Shown here: positions 9,162 through 17,962 of the stretch, piece after piece
Position numbering within the stretch: the stretch's first letter is position 1
Layout of the letters: each line of letters begins with the position of its first letter
Source: a virus
Taxonomy: Duplodnaviria > Caudoviricetes
Reading direction: 5' to 3' (one strand)
DNA: 39,464 nt
IMG/VR virus record: IMGVR_UViG_3300005254_000010
Span: 1 to 39,464 of that record
Program-made: the position numbers and the translations under genes
The notes under the pieces: generated by a model
Seen by the model: the letters and a program-made list of their open reading frames with translations, nothing else
Database searches by the model: none
Told to the model about the DNA's origin: nothing

Positions 9162-9362
9162 ATGGAATGGACCAAGAAGCGGGCGCGGCAGTACACCAGG
9201 CTGCGGATCGAGACGGCAAAGGAATCGCTCACCAAAGCGGCTGGGTACTGGGGCGATCTCGATTACAGCGTGATCGACGCGATCGACCAGGCCATCGGAG
9301 CCCTGGATGAGATCGGCCAGGCGATGGACGACGCGGTGGCCCCTGAAGAGGACCGGGACTGA
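9162..9362 (+). CDS. Hypothetical protein
   Basis: GGAG RBS; coupled to the next ORF. Confidence 0.6.
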   Translation: MEWTKKRARQYTRLRIETAKESLTKAAGYWGDLDYSVIDAIDQAIGALDEIGQAMDDAVAPEEDRD

Positions 9363-9598
9363 TGAGCGTTGACGCGACCATTATATTCCTGATCGGGTTT
9401 ATTGCCGGGGTTTTCGCCGGCCTGGCGCTGGCGATGGAGAAGTGGATTCGGATGGACAGAGCGCCTCGGATCAAGGTGCCCCCGGGAACAGGCGGGCTGT
9501 TGATCACCTCCTACAGGCATATCGATGTCGTTGACTGCAACACTGGCGACGGAGGGAACCATGATAAAGAAGACGCGGACGGTGCTGATCACCGGTGA
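9362..9598 (+). CDS. Small hypothetical membrane protein
   Basis: N-terminal hydrophobic helix; TGATG overlap with the previous gene. Confidence 0.5.
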   Translation: MSVDATIIFLIGFIAGVFAGLALAMEKWIRMDRAPRIKVPPGTGGLLITSYRHIDVVDCNTGDGGNHDKEDADGADHR

Positions 9599-9743
9599 AT
9601 GCGGGAAGTGCGGGAAGTTTGACGTGGTGCGGAAACGCAAGCCGGTCCGGTCGGACGGCTGCCCGGAGCGCGACCTGCCGAACAATGTGGTTTGCCCGAC
9701 CTGCCGCTGCTGGGCGGAGATCATCAAAGTAAAGGATCGGTGA
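9561..9743 (+). CDS. Small zinc-ribbon protein
   Basis: CGKC and CPTC pairs; GGAGG RBS before ATG 9561. Confidence 0.65.
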   Translation: MIKKTRTVLITGECGKCGKFDVVRKRKPVRSDGCPERDLPNNVVCPTCRCWAEIIKVKDR

Positions 9744-9744
9744 C

Positions 9745-10017
9745 ATGATGCGCATAGGGTTGATATTTCTGGGGATGCTGGTGCTGATTTTCGCATGGCT
9801 CGACACACTCTGGCTCAAGGAGAGAGAGGCCGCGAACGAGACCGGCTATGCCATCCCCGACGATCGGCAGCGGCGGGTGCAGGTGGTGCGGGCCGGGGTG
9901 CTGCTGGATGATGTGGCGGCCGGGGGCCGGCGCGGCGTGTATGTGATCACCGACCGGGACACCGGGGTGGAATACATCGGCATCAGCGGCATCGGGATCG
10001 CGGAGGTGAGGCGGTGA
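9745..10017 (+). CDS. Small membrane-anchored hypothetical protein
   Basis: N-terminal TM segment; C-terminal VYVITDRDTGVEYI motif. Confidence 0.65.
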   Translation: MMRIGLIFLGMLVLIFAWLDTLWLKEREAANETGYAIPDDRQRRVQVVRAGVLLDDVAAGGRRGVYVITDRDTGVEYIGISGIGIAEVRR

Positions 10018-10538
10018 AAGGCATGTGCCAGACATGCGGGGCCACGGCGCCGTTGGAGTGGTTTTTGAATGAGCCGGTGGCCCGGCAAGTGCTGGTTGCG
10101 GCGTTGGCCCTGCCGGTTGCTGTGCAAAGCCAACTGCTGGGATACCTGGCGCTTTTCAGGCCGGCGGGGGGATCGATGCAGCCGCGCAAGGCATTGCGCC
10201 TGGTCAATGAGATAGCCGCCCTGGTGGCGCAGGGGCACGTGCAGATCAAGGGCAGCCCGGCCCGGCCGTGCCCGCCCAGGCTGTGGGCGCAGGCCATGGA
10301 ACAGATGAGTGAGCGCCGGGACAGCCTGCGGCTGCCGCTGGGCAGCCATCAGTACATGATCAAGATCGCCTGGGGACTGGCCGACGCCGAGGATGCGAAA
10401 AACGAGGCAGTGCGGCGTGAACTGGAGGCATCCGGCAATTTCCGGAGTACGGCTGAACACTCACAGGGAGCGGATGAAGGATTACTGCCCATCGAGCGGG
10501 CGATGATGACCAGAAGCCAGAGGACGGTGGAGGAGTAG
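10014..10538 (+). CDS. Mu-like phage hypothetical protein with N-terminal CxxC
   Basis: CQTCGA and LGYLALFRP; GTGA overlap. Confidence 0.75.
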   Translation: MKGMCQTCGATAPLEWFLNEPVARQVLVAALALPVAVQSQLLGYLALFRPAGGSMQPRKALRLVNEIAALVAQGHVQIKGSPARPCPPRLWAQAMEQMSERRDSLRLPLGSHQYMIKIAWGLADAEDAKNEAVRRELEASGNFRSTAEHSQGADEGLLPIERAMMTRSQRTVEE

Positions 10539-10540
10539 CC

Positions 10541-10975
10541 ATGCCGAGCAAGAAGAACCTGGCGAAGATCCATATTGCCAAGAAGGAGCTGGGCCTGACC
10601 GAGGAGGTTTACCGGGACGTGTTGCGGGGGATCACGGGCAAGAACACGGCGGCCAAGTTGAATGACAACCAGGCGGAAAGGGTGCTGCGGCATTTCATCC
10701 GCTTGGGCTGGAAGCCGAAATATCAGCCTGAACTGCCCGGCCTTACCATTCCCAGGGACCCGCAGTCACAGAAGATACGGGCTTTATGGATTACTTTGCA
10801 CAAGGCCGGGGTGGTGCGGAACGGATCGGAAGGGGCGCTGCTGGCATTCGTGCGGCGGGTGGCAATGCGTGACCGGCTGGAATGGTGCAGCGTGCAGGAC
10901 AAAAGCGCGGTGATCGAGGCGCTCAAGGACTGGGCGAGAAGGGAGGGCGTCAGCGTTGGGCATCAGGGTAATTGA
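10541..10975 (+). CDS. gemA: GemA / Mu gp16 (DUF1018) family protein
   Basis: LAKIHIAKKELGL..YRDVL, KIRALW and VIEALKDW motifs; directly before mor as in Mu. Confidence 0.9.
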   Translation: MPSKKNLAKIHIAKKELGLTEEVYRDVLRGITGKNTAAKLNDNQAERVLRHFIRLGWKPKYQPELPGLTIPRDPQSQKIRALWITLHKAGVVRNGSEGALLAFVRRVAMRDRLEWCSVQDKSAVIEALKDWARREGVSVGHQGN

Positions 10976-11300
10976 CATACCTGACGAGTATCAGCCGGCC
11001 ATTGAGGAGCTGCCCGGCGATTTGCAGCGGATCGCCGAACACATAGAGCAGCACAGGCCAGGACGGGGGGTTGAAATCACCCTGATCCTGGCCCAGATTT
11101 TCAGGGGCCAGAATCTTTACATCAGGAACATCGATTATCTGCTCCGGCAGATCCGTGACGATGCGATCCGGGCTGAGTATGACCGGGGCGGGATCACTGG
11201 GCGGGAACTGGCGACCAGGTGGGGGTTGTCGCAGCGGATGGTGGAGAAGATATTGGCGAGTGCTGGGAAGGATGATGGGGGGCAGTTGAATTTGTTTTGA
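10956..11300 (+). CDS. mor: Mor/C family transcription activator
   Basis: FRGQNLYI...RDDAIRAEY...RELATRWGLSQRMVEKIL is the Mor HTH pattern; follows gemA. Confidence 0.85.
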   Translation: MGIRVIDIPDEYQPAIEELPGDLQRIAEHIEQHRPGRGVEITLILAQIFRGQNLYIRNIDYLLRQIRDDAIRAEYDRGGITGRELATRWGLSQRMVEKILASAGKDDGGQLNLF

Positions 11301-11464
11301 AGTATAAAACGTTGGAGGAATAGGTCTATAGATATCCTTATATGCCTCCATTTAACGTAAACATTCTTCGGTTTGTCCGCAGAGTGTTTTGGTTGGAATA
11401 TCCAGTCGTTAAGCAAAAAAAACATAATTTCATAAACGTCGCTGTCCCCCCCCTCTAAATAATA

Positions 11465-12763
11465 TTAGTTCGCAGTTAGGACAATTGCGCTTTCACGGAG
11501 TTGCAGCGAATTTTTATTTTCCTCCTGAATAGTTCTGAGATGCTGACCTGAACTGCGAAGTTTGCGAATGACACCGATTTCCTTGAGTCGCCAACCTACT
11601 TTACTAGCAATGTCAGCAATGATAAGATCAACAGGTATTTCGACCCCAGCATAAGCTGAGGTCGAAACAACAACCCATAGGTGAGCTTTTGCATGGGCGT
11701 GCTGTTTGAGGCGAGTAAGAACGTTCTTCATGTCTTCAAAATACGCTTGAACCATTGTGGGGATACGTCGATCCCATAGCACTTTTTTCCGTTCACGAAG
11801 AGCGGTGATACTGTTGAAGTATAGAGGTCCAAAATCGTCCTCCGTGGGAGGCAACCAGGAAGCTTGAACGTGGGAGCGAATTGTACGGAGTCGCACAGCG
11901 CGCAATTCGTTCGTGTCCCTGACGAATTTCCCCAAAAACATTTCGGGGCGGTAAATGTCCGAGTAATCGAAAGAATTTAGATATGGAGGTGATGTGATAC
12001 AAAGTTTGAACTTCGGGATTCCTCCCGAAGAGAGCTGTTGTCGGCAATCACCGTGGTGAACCCGGTATGTTGACGCTTTGAGCGGTGCTTCCTTGATGTC
12101 CTCCGTCATTTGCGCGACGCGGGATTCAAAACTATCAAGGAACTCTTCTCGACCAAAATTCTCATCTTCCCAATCCTTACGGTAACGGAGGCACTTCCCA
12201 TCTTGTGTAGCATTGCAACAATCCATGGCTGCACCAACAAGAGCAAGCCGCAAGAGGTTACGAGTTGGCATCGGGATGCTCTCCGTATTACACCAGCCGC
12301 CTTCGAAAGATCGAACAATCTCAGTATTGAATAGCCACTTTTTCTTCCCCTCTGATGCAGTGAATGTGGAGCTTTTCTCCAGAGCAGACTTTCGCCCACG
12401 CTCAATTGCCAGCAAGACACCTGGAAAATGCTTTTTAAGGGAAAGATGACCGCTCGGCGAGAGTTTCGTGCGCGACACGAATGCAAGAAAGGGATTCACC
12501 TCGCATCCCACCGTAATAAAGCCTTTGGCTGCCGCAGCTACGAGAGAGGTACCACTTCCGCAGAAGGGATCGAGAACGACATCATCTGGTTTGCAATGTG
12601 CCGCTTCCATGGCCTGCTCAACAAGTCCGGGAGAGAAGGCCTCTTTCACGAAATACCAGCGATGACGTGGCATTCTTGGAAGATCTGTTGCCGTTGACCA
12701 ATTCTGACCCTGGATATGAAAGTTCAAATTGAGTGGTGAATTTGGTTCCATAGGCAAAATCAT
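11465..12763 (-). CDS. DNA amino-methyltransferase (SPPY type, probably N4-cytosine), cargo
   Basis: SAM-binding motif I VLDPFCGSGTS near the N-terminus and catalytic motif IV ITSPPY later; ATGA overlap with the upstream gene. Confidence 0.9.
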   Translation of the reverse strand: MILPMEPNSPLNLNFHIQGQNWSTATDLPRMPRHRWYFVKEAFSPGLVEQAMEAAHCKPDDVVLDPFCGSGTSLVAAAAKGFITVGCEVNPFLAFVSRTKLSPSGHLSLKKHFPGVLLAIERGRKSALEKSSTFTASEGKKKWLFNTEIVRSFEGGWCNTESIPMPTRNLLRLALVGAAMDCCNATQDGKCLRYRKDWEDENFGREEFLDSFESRVAQMTEDIKEAPLKASTYRVHHGDCRQQLSSGGIPKFKLCITSPPYLNSFDYSDIYRPEMFLGKFVRDTNELRAVRLRTIRSHVQASWLPPTEDDFGPLYFNSITALRERKKVLWDRRIPTMVQAYFEDMKNVLTRLKQHAHAKAHLWVVVSTSAYAGVEIPVDLIIADIASKVGWRLKEIGVIRKLRSSGQHLRTIQEENKNSLQLRESAIVLTAN

Positions 12764-13857
12764 CTCTCATCTGGAAGTTGGTTATGAAGGTAATACCGTA
12801 AGTATCTGACATCTCCGTCAATGCATTGTGTCTTTACGCCTGGGAGGTCAGCATTTGTTTCACGCATGTCGTATAGAATCAGCGCGGCGGACTTAGCGCC
12901 ATCAGCGATCTTATATCGTTTCACCTGACGGGCACCTCGCAGCGCCCATTTCTCGTTTGTCTCCGCGGACACGGGGCTTGGCGCCATGGCCGCTTTCTTC
13001 TGTTCCCGCGTTTTTGCAGCTTCAAGCCTCTTTTTCCTTCTGTTCGGGTCAGGATAACGGTATTGACGCAGGACTTTGAGTTCCGAGACGACAATACACG
13101 ACTGATCTCGGTAAACAGCGATATCTACACGCCCAGCATTGTTCTGCTCTTCGATTACTATGAGCCATTCTGGTTTGGAATCCGATGTTCTGCATCCCTG
13201 AGCTCTTGCTCGGAGGATGCAGGCTACATGGCTTTGGATGACCATTTCAGTTTCCTTGCATGGGATCCGTTCCTTCGCATTGTACCAAATTGGAGGATAG
13301 CCATTAGGATATTTTAAGCTTTGCACGTAAACATCTTCGAGCATTTCCTCAAATACGTCGATCGTGAATGGCCTTGGAATGTCCTCCCGTAGTAAAAATT
13401 TCCAAGTTATCTTTTCTCCACCGTCTTCAAACACATAGACGGTCTGAGAATCCGTGTCGAACGCCACAAACGGTAAATCCGAAACTCCGTTTTTTTTGAG
13501 CATCCGAATGGTATCGTTGAGATCTTTGCACCCACCGGCAAAGCAGAAAACCCGGTTTAGCGCGTAGTCAGTAATATAAATGTTTCCGCCCAGAAGGGGG
13601 GTCTTATCGTCTTTGAAACAAAAGACCTCATTGCCCCCCTCGGGAACGATGCCCCTTGTGACAATCTCGGGAGCCAAAACAAGGGCACAGTATCCCAGAG
13701 TGATGTCTTGCCGAAATTGCTTGATCCCGCTCCATTCTGCAAGCCAGATTAGAAGCGTTTGGAAGAAGGCTTTGGGCTGGTCGCCACGCACACTGGGTAT
13801 ACGATTGAAGTTATTTCTGGCAATTGCCTTGAGTTCATCGGTATCAATCTGCGTCAT
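12760..13857 (-). CDS. Putative PD-(D/E)xK nuclease effector with unknown N-terminal domain, cargo
   Basis: C-terminal half has ETEMVIQ...EEQNNAGRVDI...VVSELK, fitting an E..D..ExK restriction-endonuclease fold. Confidence 0.65.
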   Translation of the reverse strand: MTQIDTDELKAIARNNFNRIPSVRGDQPKAFFQTLLIWLAEWSGIKQFRQDITLGYCALVLAPEIVTRGIVPEGGNEVFCFKDDKTPLLGGNIYITDYALNRVFCFAGGCKDLNDTIRMLKKNGVSDLPFVAFDTDSQTVYVFEDGGEKITWKFLLREDIPRPFTIDVFEEMLEDVYVQSLKYPNGYPPIWYNAKERIPCKETEMVIQSHVACILRARAQGCRTSDSKPEWLIVIEEQNNAGRVDIAVYRDQSCIVVSELKVLRQYRYPDPNRRKKRLEAAKTREQKKAAMAPSPVSAETNEKWALRGARQVKRYKIADGAKSAALILYDMRETNADLPGVKTQCIDGDVRYLRYYLHNQLPDER

Positions 13858-14483
13858 GCTGCCACCTTGGCCGCTTGAGCCTCAAGGAATCTTAAGTAAA
13901 GGAACATCTCTTCTTTAGGGGAGATTACTATTCCTTTGGGTAGTACAGTTTGAAAGGCACGTGCGGTTTGCACAGAGAGGTTATTGGACGGATCTGAGAA
14001 ATCGATAAACGCACCTTCTGTTTTGCCGGCCTCATCGTAAGTCGAATCATAGAGGGCAGCACTGTCCCATGTGCGACTGCTAATGGAAGCGACCGCAAAA
14101 ATCATTTCAGTAAGGTATTCCTCTATCTGACGACCATAGCGGATTTGTGTACAAGTGTTAATCACATGGCGAGTTGTGCTATTTGTTAAATAGATGGCTT
14201 CCATCCAAACGCCATGCTTATCGGTCAAGTACTCAACGTCCTGAACCTTCAAGACACCGAGGACTGCCAGTCGATCGAGATACCACTGAAGAGTCGGATA
14301 AAATGGTCCCCGTTTATATTTGACGATTGTGGCTGCAGTGGGGGTGGCCTCAAACAACGGAGCAAGACAGTTGGAAAGGTAAATTATTCTGTGAAAAAGC
14401 CTTTTTGGGATGGGCAACAAACCTGCCTTCTGTGCTGCACCCATCAAGAAAACTAACCAAACCTGAGTAGTATAAGCTTGCAT
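13854..14483 (-). CDS. 209-aa hypothetical protein, candidate ABC-three-component middle component (wHTH-like)
   Basis: LFHRIIYLSN...GPFYPTLQWYLDRLAVLGVL resembles a winged helix; lies between the ATPase and the nuclease with 3-nt and ATGA junctions. Confidence 0.6.
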   Translation of the reverse strand: MQAYTTQVWLVFLMGAAQKAGLLPIPKRLFHRIIYLSNCLAPLFEATPTAATIVKYKRGPFYPTLQWYLDRLAVLGVLKVQDVEYLTDKHGVWMEAIYLTNSTTRHVINTCTQIRYGRQIEEYLTEMIFAVASISSRTWDSAALYDSTYDEAGKTEGAFIDFSDPSNNLSVQTARAFQTVLPKGIVISPKEEMFLYLRFLEAQAAKVAA

Positions 14484-14486
14484 TGG

Positions 14487-16499
14487 CTATTTGCGAAACT
14501 CCATAGCTTTTTCAAATGACTCTTCATACTGCCGCCTATATTTACGCATGGCTGCATTCGGAGCTGCTTCGGCGAGGAGGTTAATCACACGTTTGGGGGC
14601 CTCACGTTTACTCTTTAAGTCACCTGGTTCATCCAAACCAAGCAAGGACCTCAGCATATTCTCCCGGTTGAGATTTGTCGTGGCAATGACGACATTTCGA
14701 GCGAGCTTGTCCTTTATGGCAAATTTCCTCAGAAGCCTCCCAGCTTGGTCAACGAAGACCGCATCAAGGCTGGCCTCGGGGGTCTCGATAACCAGCATGG
14801 CCCGCTCGTTTTTTTCCCGGACAGAGTCGAAAAGAGCCATCCTAAACGCAAGGTCGATGAATTCTTTCTGGGATTCTGACACTTGATATTCGTCTTTTCG
14901 TGGAGACCCCGTGGCTTGGGAAAGAGCCGAAGTCATTTCAACAGTGAATTGGGGAAAACTAAGTTGTTCACCCTCCTGGCCAAGGCTCCGCTTAGCCGGT
15001 TCCCAATTCAGCGTACAGCGCTCGGCGAGAAACTCACCTGCGTAGTAGGAGAATCTTTCCGTGAGGCGTTCTTTGAGTTTCTCCATAGTATGGCGTGCCA
15101 TTTCAAGCATCTTCGCATACTCCTGAATTTTAGAATCTCGATCAGCGCGAAGAGAGTCAAGTTCAGCTTGTTTACGATTGATCTCGGAAAGTTGCCTGTC
15201 TCGCTCTTCGTCTGATGGCGGAAGCTTGGCACTGATGGTCTCCACAGCATTCTTCCTCTTCAGATACTCAGAAGAGATGCGGGATCTTTCCTCGTATTGC
15301 TTGGTGACTTCGTTATTGACCAGCGTGAGTTCTTCTTTGAGCACTCGACGCGACTTTTGGAGATCTTCCAAACGAGTTTCGGCTTGCGCGAGACTGAGTT
15401 TACTCTGCGCGCCCATCTTGGCTGGCTTCCGGGACGTCGTGTCGTCTCCACAGAAAGGACAGCGGCCTCTCGCTGCAAGATCCAGGAAGGATTTCGGGTA
15501 TTGAGGATGCGGGTTATCACACACGAGGCAGCCTGTATCCGACGTGATATTGTTGAGAATAAGTTGGATTGTGGCTGGCAAAGAAGGAAACGCCGTGATG
15601 AAAAAAGTTTCCACAAGTGACTGGTACGTTCGTGTGGCTTCCTCGATCTCAAGATGAATTTTTTCGGTCTTTTCAGTGAGTGCAGTTCGCCTGGCCAATA
15701 ATTCCTGCAACTTGATTTGTTGCTCCTCCAGCCGTGATTTGAGGTTATCGGATGTGAGCTGTTCGGCACGCAACGCCTTTTCCAACTGAGAGAGATTTTG
15801 GGTGGCCTCCTTGGCTTTCTCAAGGTGCTTCCGATCTTTATTTAATTGGACCCTACGATTTCGGTAGTCACTATCGATTTGCTTTATTTCATCGGCAAGC
15901 TGAGCGAACTCTCGCGCCTTTTTTGGTCCAAAAAAAAGAATACGGAAAATCTCGAATTGGCCCTCGGGGTTCCAGATCAGGGAGACTTTATCTTCCAGAA
16001 AAAAAGTGAAAGAACGGACAATATAGAAAAAGTCATACTCATCACCAGCCCCAGAAAATCGAACAATAGATTTGCGAAGTGCGCCCTGATCCCCATCAAC
16101 TTGGGATCCGTTCTTCCAAACACCAAGAATCTCAAGATCATGAAGACTTCGTCTGATTCGGATTAAATCCTCGCCGAAATAGAACTCAGCGTCTACGGTG
16201 GCTCCCTTGGCTTCGTCAAGGACTCTCTGGGCAAAAAAGTCAACATGCTTGGATCGCATCTTATGTACCCCGCCAACCGGATTGTAGGGGTCAAACTTTC
16301 TTGGTTCGCGGGTACCAGTGAGGCAACGAAGCATGACATTGAGGAGGGTGGTCTTGCCCAAGCCGTTGATGCCAGCGATTACAGTAATTCCAGGCAGGAA
16401 CGTGTGGTTGATTCCCTTCTTATCGCGGCCTGGGAAGAGTTGGTACTGCTCGATTTTGAGACTCTTCAGTACCGGAAATCGGATCTTGGTAAATGCCAC
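14487..16499 (-). CDS. Rad50/SbcC/SMC-like coiled-coil ABC ATPase, cargo
   Basis: Walker A GINGLGKTT; long coiled coils around central CLVC and CPFC (zinc-hook-like); variant signature VSESQ; Walker B/D-loop LVIETPEASLD; GGAGG RBS before GTG. Confidence 0.88.
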   Translation of the reverse strand: MAFTKIRFPVLKSLKIEQYQLFPGRDKKGINHTFLPGITVIAGINGLGKTTLLNVMLRCLTGTREPRKFDPYNPVGGVHKMRSKHVDFFAQRVLDEAKGATVDAEFYFGEDLIRIRRSLHDLEILGVWKNGSQVDGDQGALRKSIVRFSGAGDEYDFFYIVRSFTFFLEDKVSLIWNPEGQFEIFRILFFGPKKAREFAQLADEIKQIDSDYRNRRVQLNKDRKHLEKAKEATQNLSQLEKALRAEQLTSDNLKSRLEEQQIKLQELLARRTALTEKTEKIHLEIEEATRTYQSLVETFFITAFPSLPATIQLILNNITSDTGCLVCDNPHPQYPKSFLDLAARGRCPFCGDDTTSRKPAKMGAQSKLSLAQAETRLEDLQKSRRVLKEELTLVNNEVTKQYEERSRISSEYLKRKNAVETISAKLPPSDEERDRQLSEINRKQAELDSLRADRDSKIQEYAKMLEMARHTMEKLKERLTERFSYYAGEFLAERCTLNWEPAKRSLGQEGEQLSFPQFTVEMTSALSQATGSPRKDEYQVSESQKEFIDLAFRMALFDSVREKNERAMLVIETPEASLDAVFVDQAGRLLRKFAIKDKLARNVVIATTNLNRENMLRSLLGLDEPGDLKSKREAPKRVINLLAEAAPNAAMRKYRRQYEESFEKAMEFRK

Positions 16500-16760
16500 T
16501 GCACCCTCCGCAAAATATTTGAAACGCAGCTATAGCAAATCTGCGATTCTACGGCAACAAAGTGTAATAATTGGCAACCATAGCGAATTATTTCAACTAC
16601 TTAATTATTATTCAGAGGGGAAAATGGTCGAATCGGCTTGTCGACGATACTCTCCTTCATAGAAAACTCAGCCTCTCCTTCCTTACATCCTTCAGTTTTA
16701 TGTTGGCATCAATAACTTGCTGCTCCGTCCATTTGTCTGGATTTCTCCAGTAATCGACCT

Positions 16761-17234
16761 TCAAGTAGAGATGCTCAGCCATTCCGTCAGTATTAAGCAT
16801 ATCCTTTTCAGCTGTTCCAGATCTTTCTCCGGAATTCTTTCCATCACCTGTTTTATCGCCCTGGTCTGTTGGGGCAGGATTTTCTTGACCAGTCTTTCTC
16901 CCTCCGAGGTCAGTTCGATGTTGTAGCGGCGGCGGTCGTTTTTGTCACGGACCCTTTGTATCAGGAATTTTTTTTCCAGGTTGTCGATGACCGTGGTCAT
17001 GTTGCCAGTGGATTTGACAATATGTTCGCCGATATCCCTCTGGCACAGCGAACCCTGATTGTATAGGATTTCCAGGGTCCGGAACTGACTCTCTGACAAA
17101 TTGTAGCGGGATAAAAAGCGGTACACTTCCCTTGCGGTTATCATAGCACTTTGCTGGAGTGCGTCAAAAACTTCTACCTCCAGGGGGAATTTTTTTGCTG
17201 ATTTCTGCGTGGGCACTTTTTTCTCCTTGATCAA
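16761..17234 (-). CDS. MarR family transcriptional regulator
   Basis: LSESQFRTLEIL, NMTTVIDNLEKK, DKNDRRRYNIELTSEG; start codon uncertain (TTG). Confidence 0.88.
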   Translation of the reverse strand: MIKEKKVPTQKSAKKFPLEVEVFDALQQSAMITAREVYRFLSRYNLSESQFRTLEILYNQGSLCQRDIGEHIVKSTGNMTTVIDNLEKKFLIQRVRDKNDRRRYNIELTSEGERLVKKILPQQTRAIKQVMERIPEKDLEQLKRICLILTEWLSIST

Positions 17235-17474
17235 ATTTGTTACGGTTCAAAATTAATCGACATGACATAATATCGTACACTCTAAAAAAATAAATACCTT
17301 TCTGGTATTTATCTTCTCGCCCGCCCCTTCAGCACTTCCGAACCGTTACGGCTAACAAACACCCTCTGATCTCCCTATAACGTAGGTATTAAGCACCGTG
17401 TGGGTGGTGCCTTCTTTTTCATCTCCTGTTCCCCGGCGGCCCTGCTGTCCGGGGGAACACGTGCAGGGCTGATT

Positions 17475-17867
17475 ATGGACAATCTTCTTGAGCAGGTTAC
17501 CCCTCATTTTTCGCTGAAAGAGCTGCGGTGCCGCTGCTGCGGGCGGATGGGCATCGACCAGGCTTTTCTTGACAGGCTGGAGGACATGCGGGTCGCGTTT
17601 GATCGGCCGATGATCATCGGGTCCGGCTATCGCTGCCCGGACTATAACGCCAGGGTTTCGACAACCGGCCGGACAGGACCACACACCATCGGCGCTGTGG
17701 ATGTGCTGATCAGCGGGGCGGAGGCCCACCGGTTGCTGCACATGGCCCTGATGATCGGTTTCAACGGGATCGGCGTGAAGCAACACGGGCCAATGGCCGG
17801 CCGGTTCATCCACCTGGACAACCTGCCCGGGCACAATCACCCGAGGCCGCGGGTGTGGACGTACTGA
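17475..17867 (+). CDS. Endolysin, peptidase M15 family
   Basis: HFSLKELRCRCCG, SGYRCPDYN, HTIGAVD and FIHLD zinc-peptidase motifs; first late gene. Likely ATG is 17475. Confidence 0.88.
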   Translation: MDNLLEQVTPHFSLKELRCRCCGRMGIDQAFLDRLEDMRVAFDRPMIIGSGYRCPDYNARVSTTGRTGPHTIGAVDVLISGAEAHRLLHMALMIGFNGIGVKQHGPMAGRFIHLDNLPGHNHPRPRVWTY

Positions 17868-17962
17868 GCGGGGGGAAGGCTGTAGGCTGTAGGCTGAAGG
17901 CTGTTAGGGGCGGGGTTGCCTGGCTGCGGGGGCTGCACGCGGTATGGAAGTGGAAACGGAAC

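Noticed and set aside
11301-11464. ORFs 10950..11351 and 11135..11425 (minus) as a fifth cargo gene
   Set aside because: They run antisense into mor and lack convincing features; more likely junction sequence.
11465-16499. Calling the cargo operon Wadjet, Dnd, BREX or plain SbcCD
   Set aside because: No JetD/Toprim, cysteine desulfurase or DndC, PglZ/PglX, or Mre11-type phosphoesterase is present, and the ATPase is much shorter than JetC.
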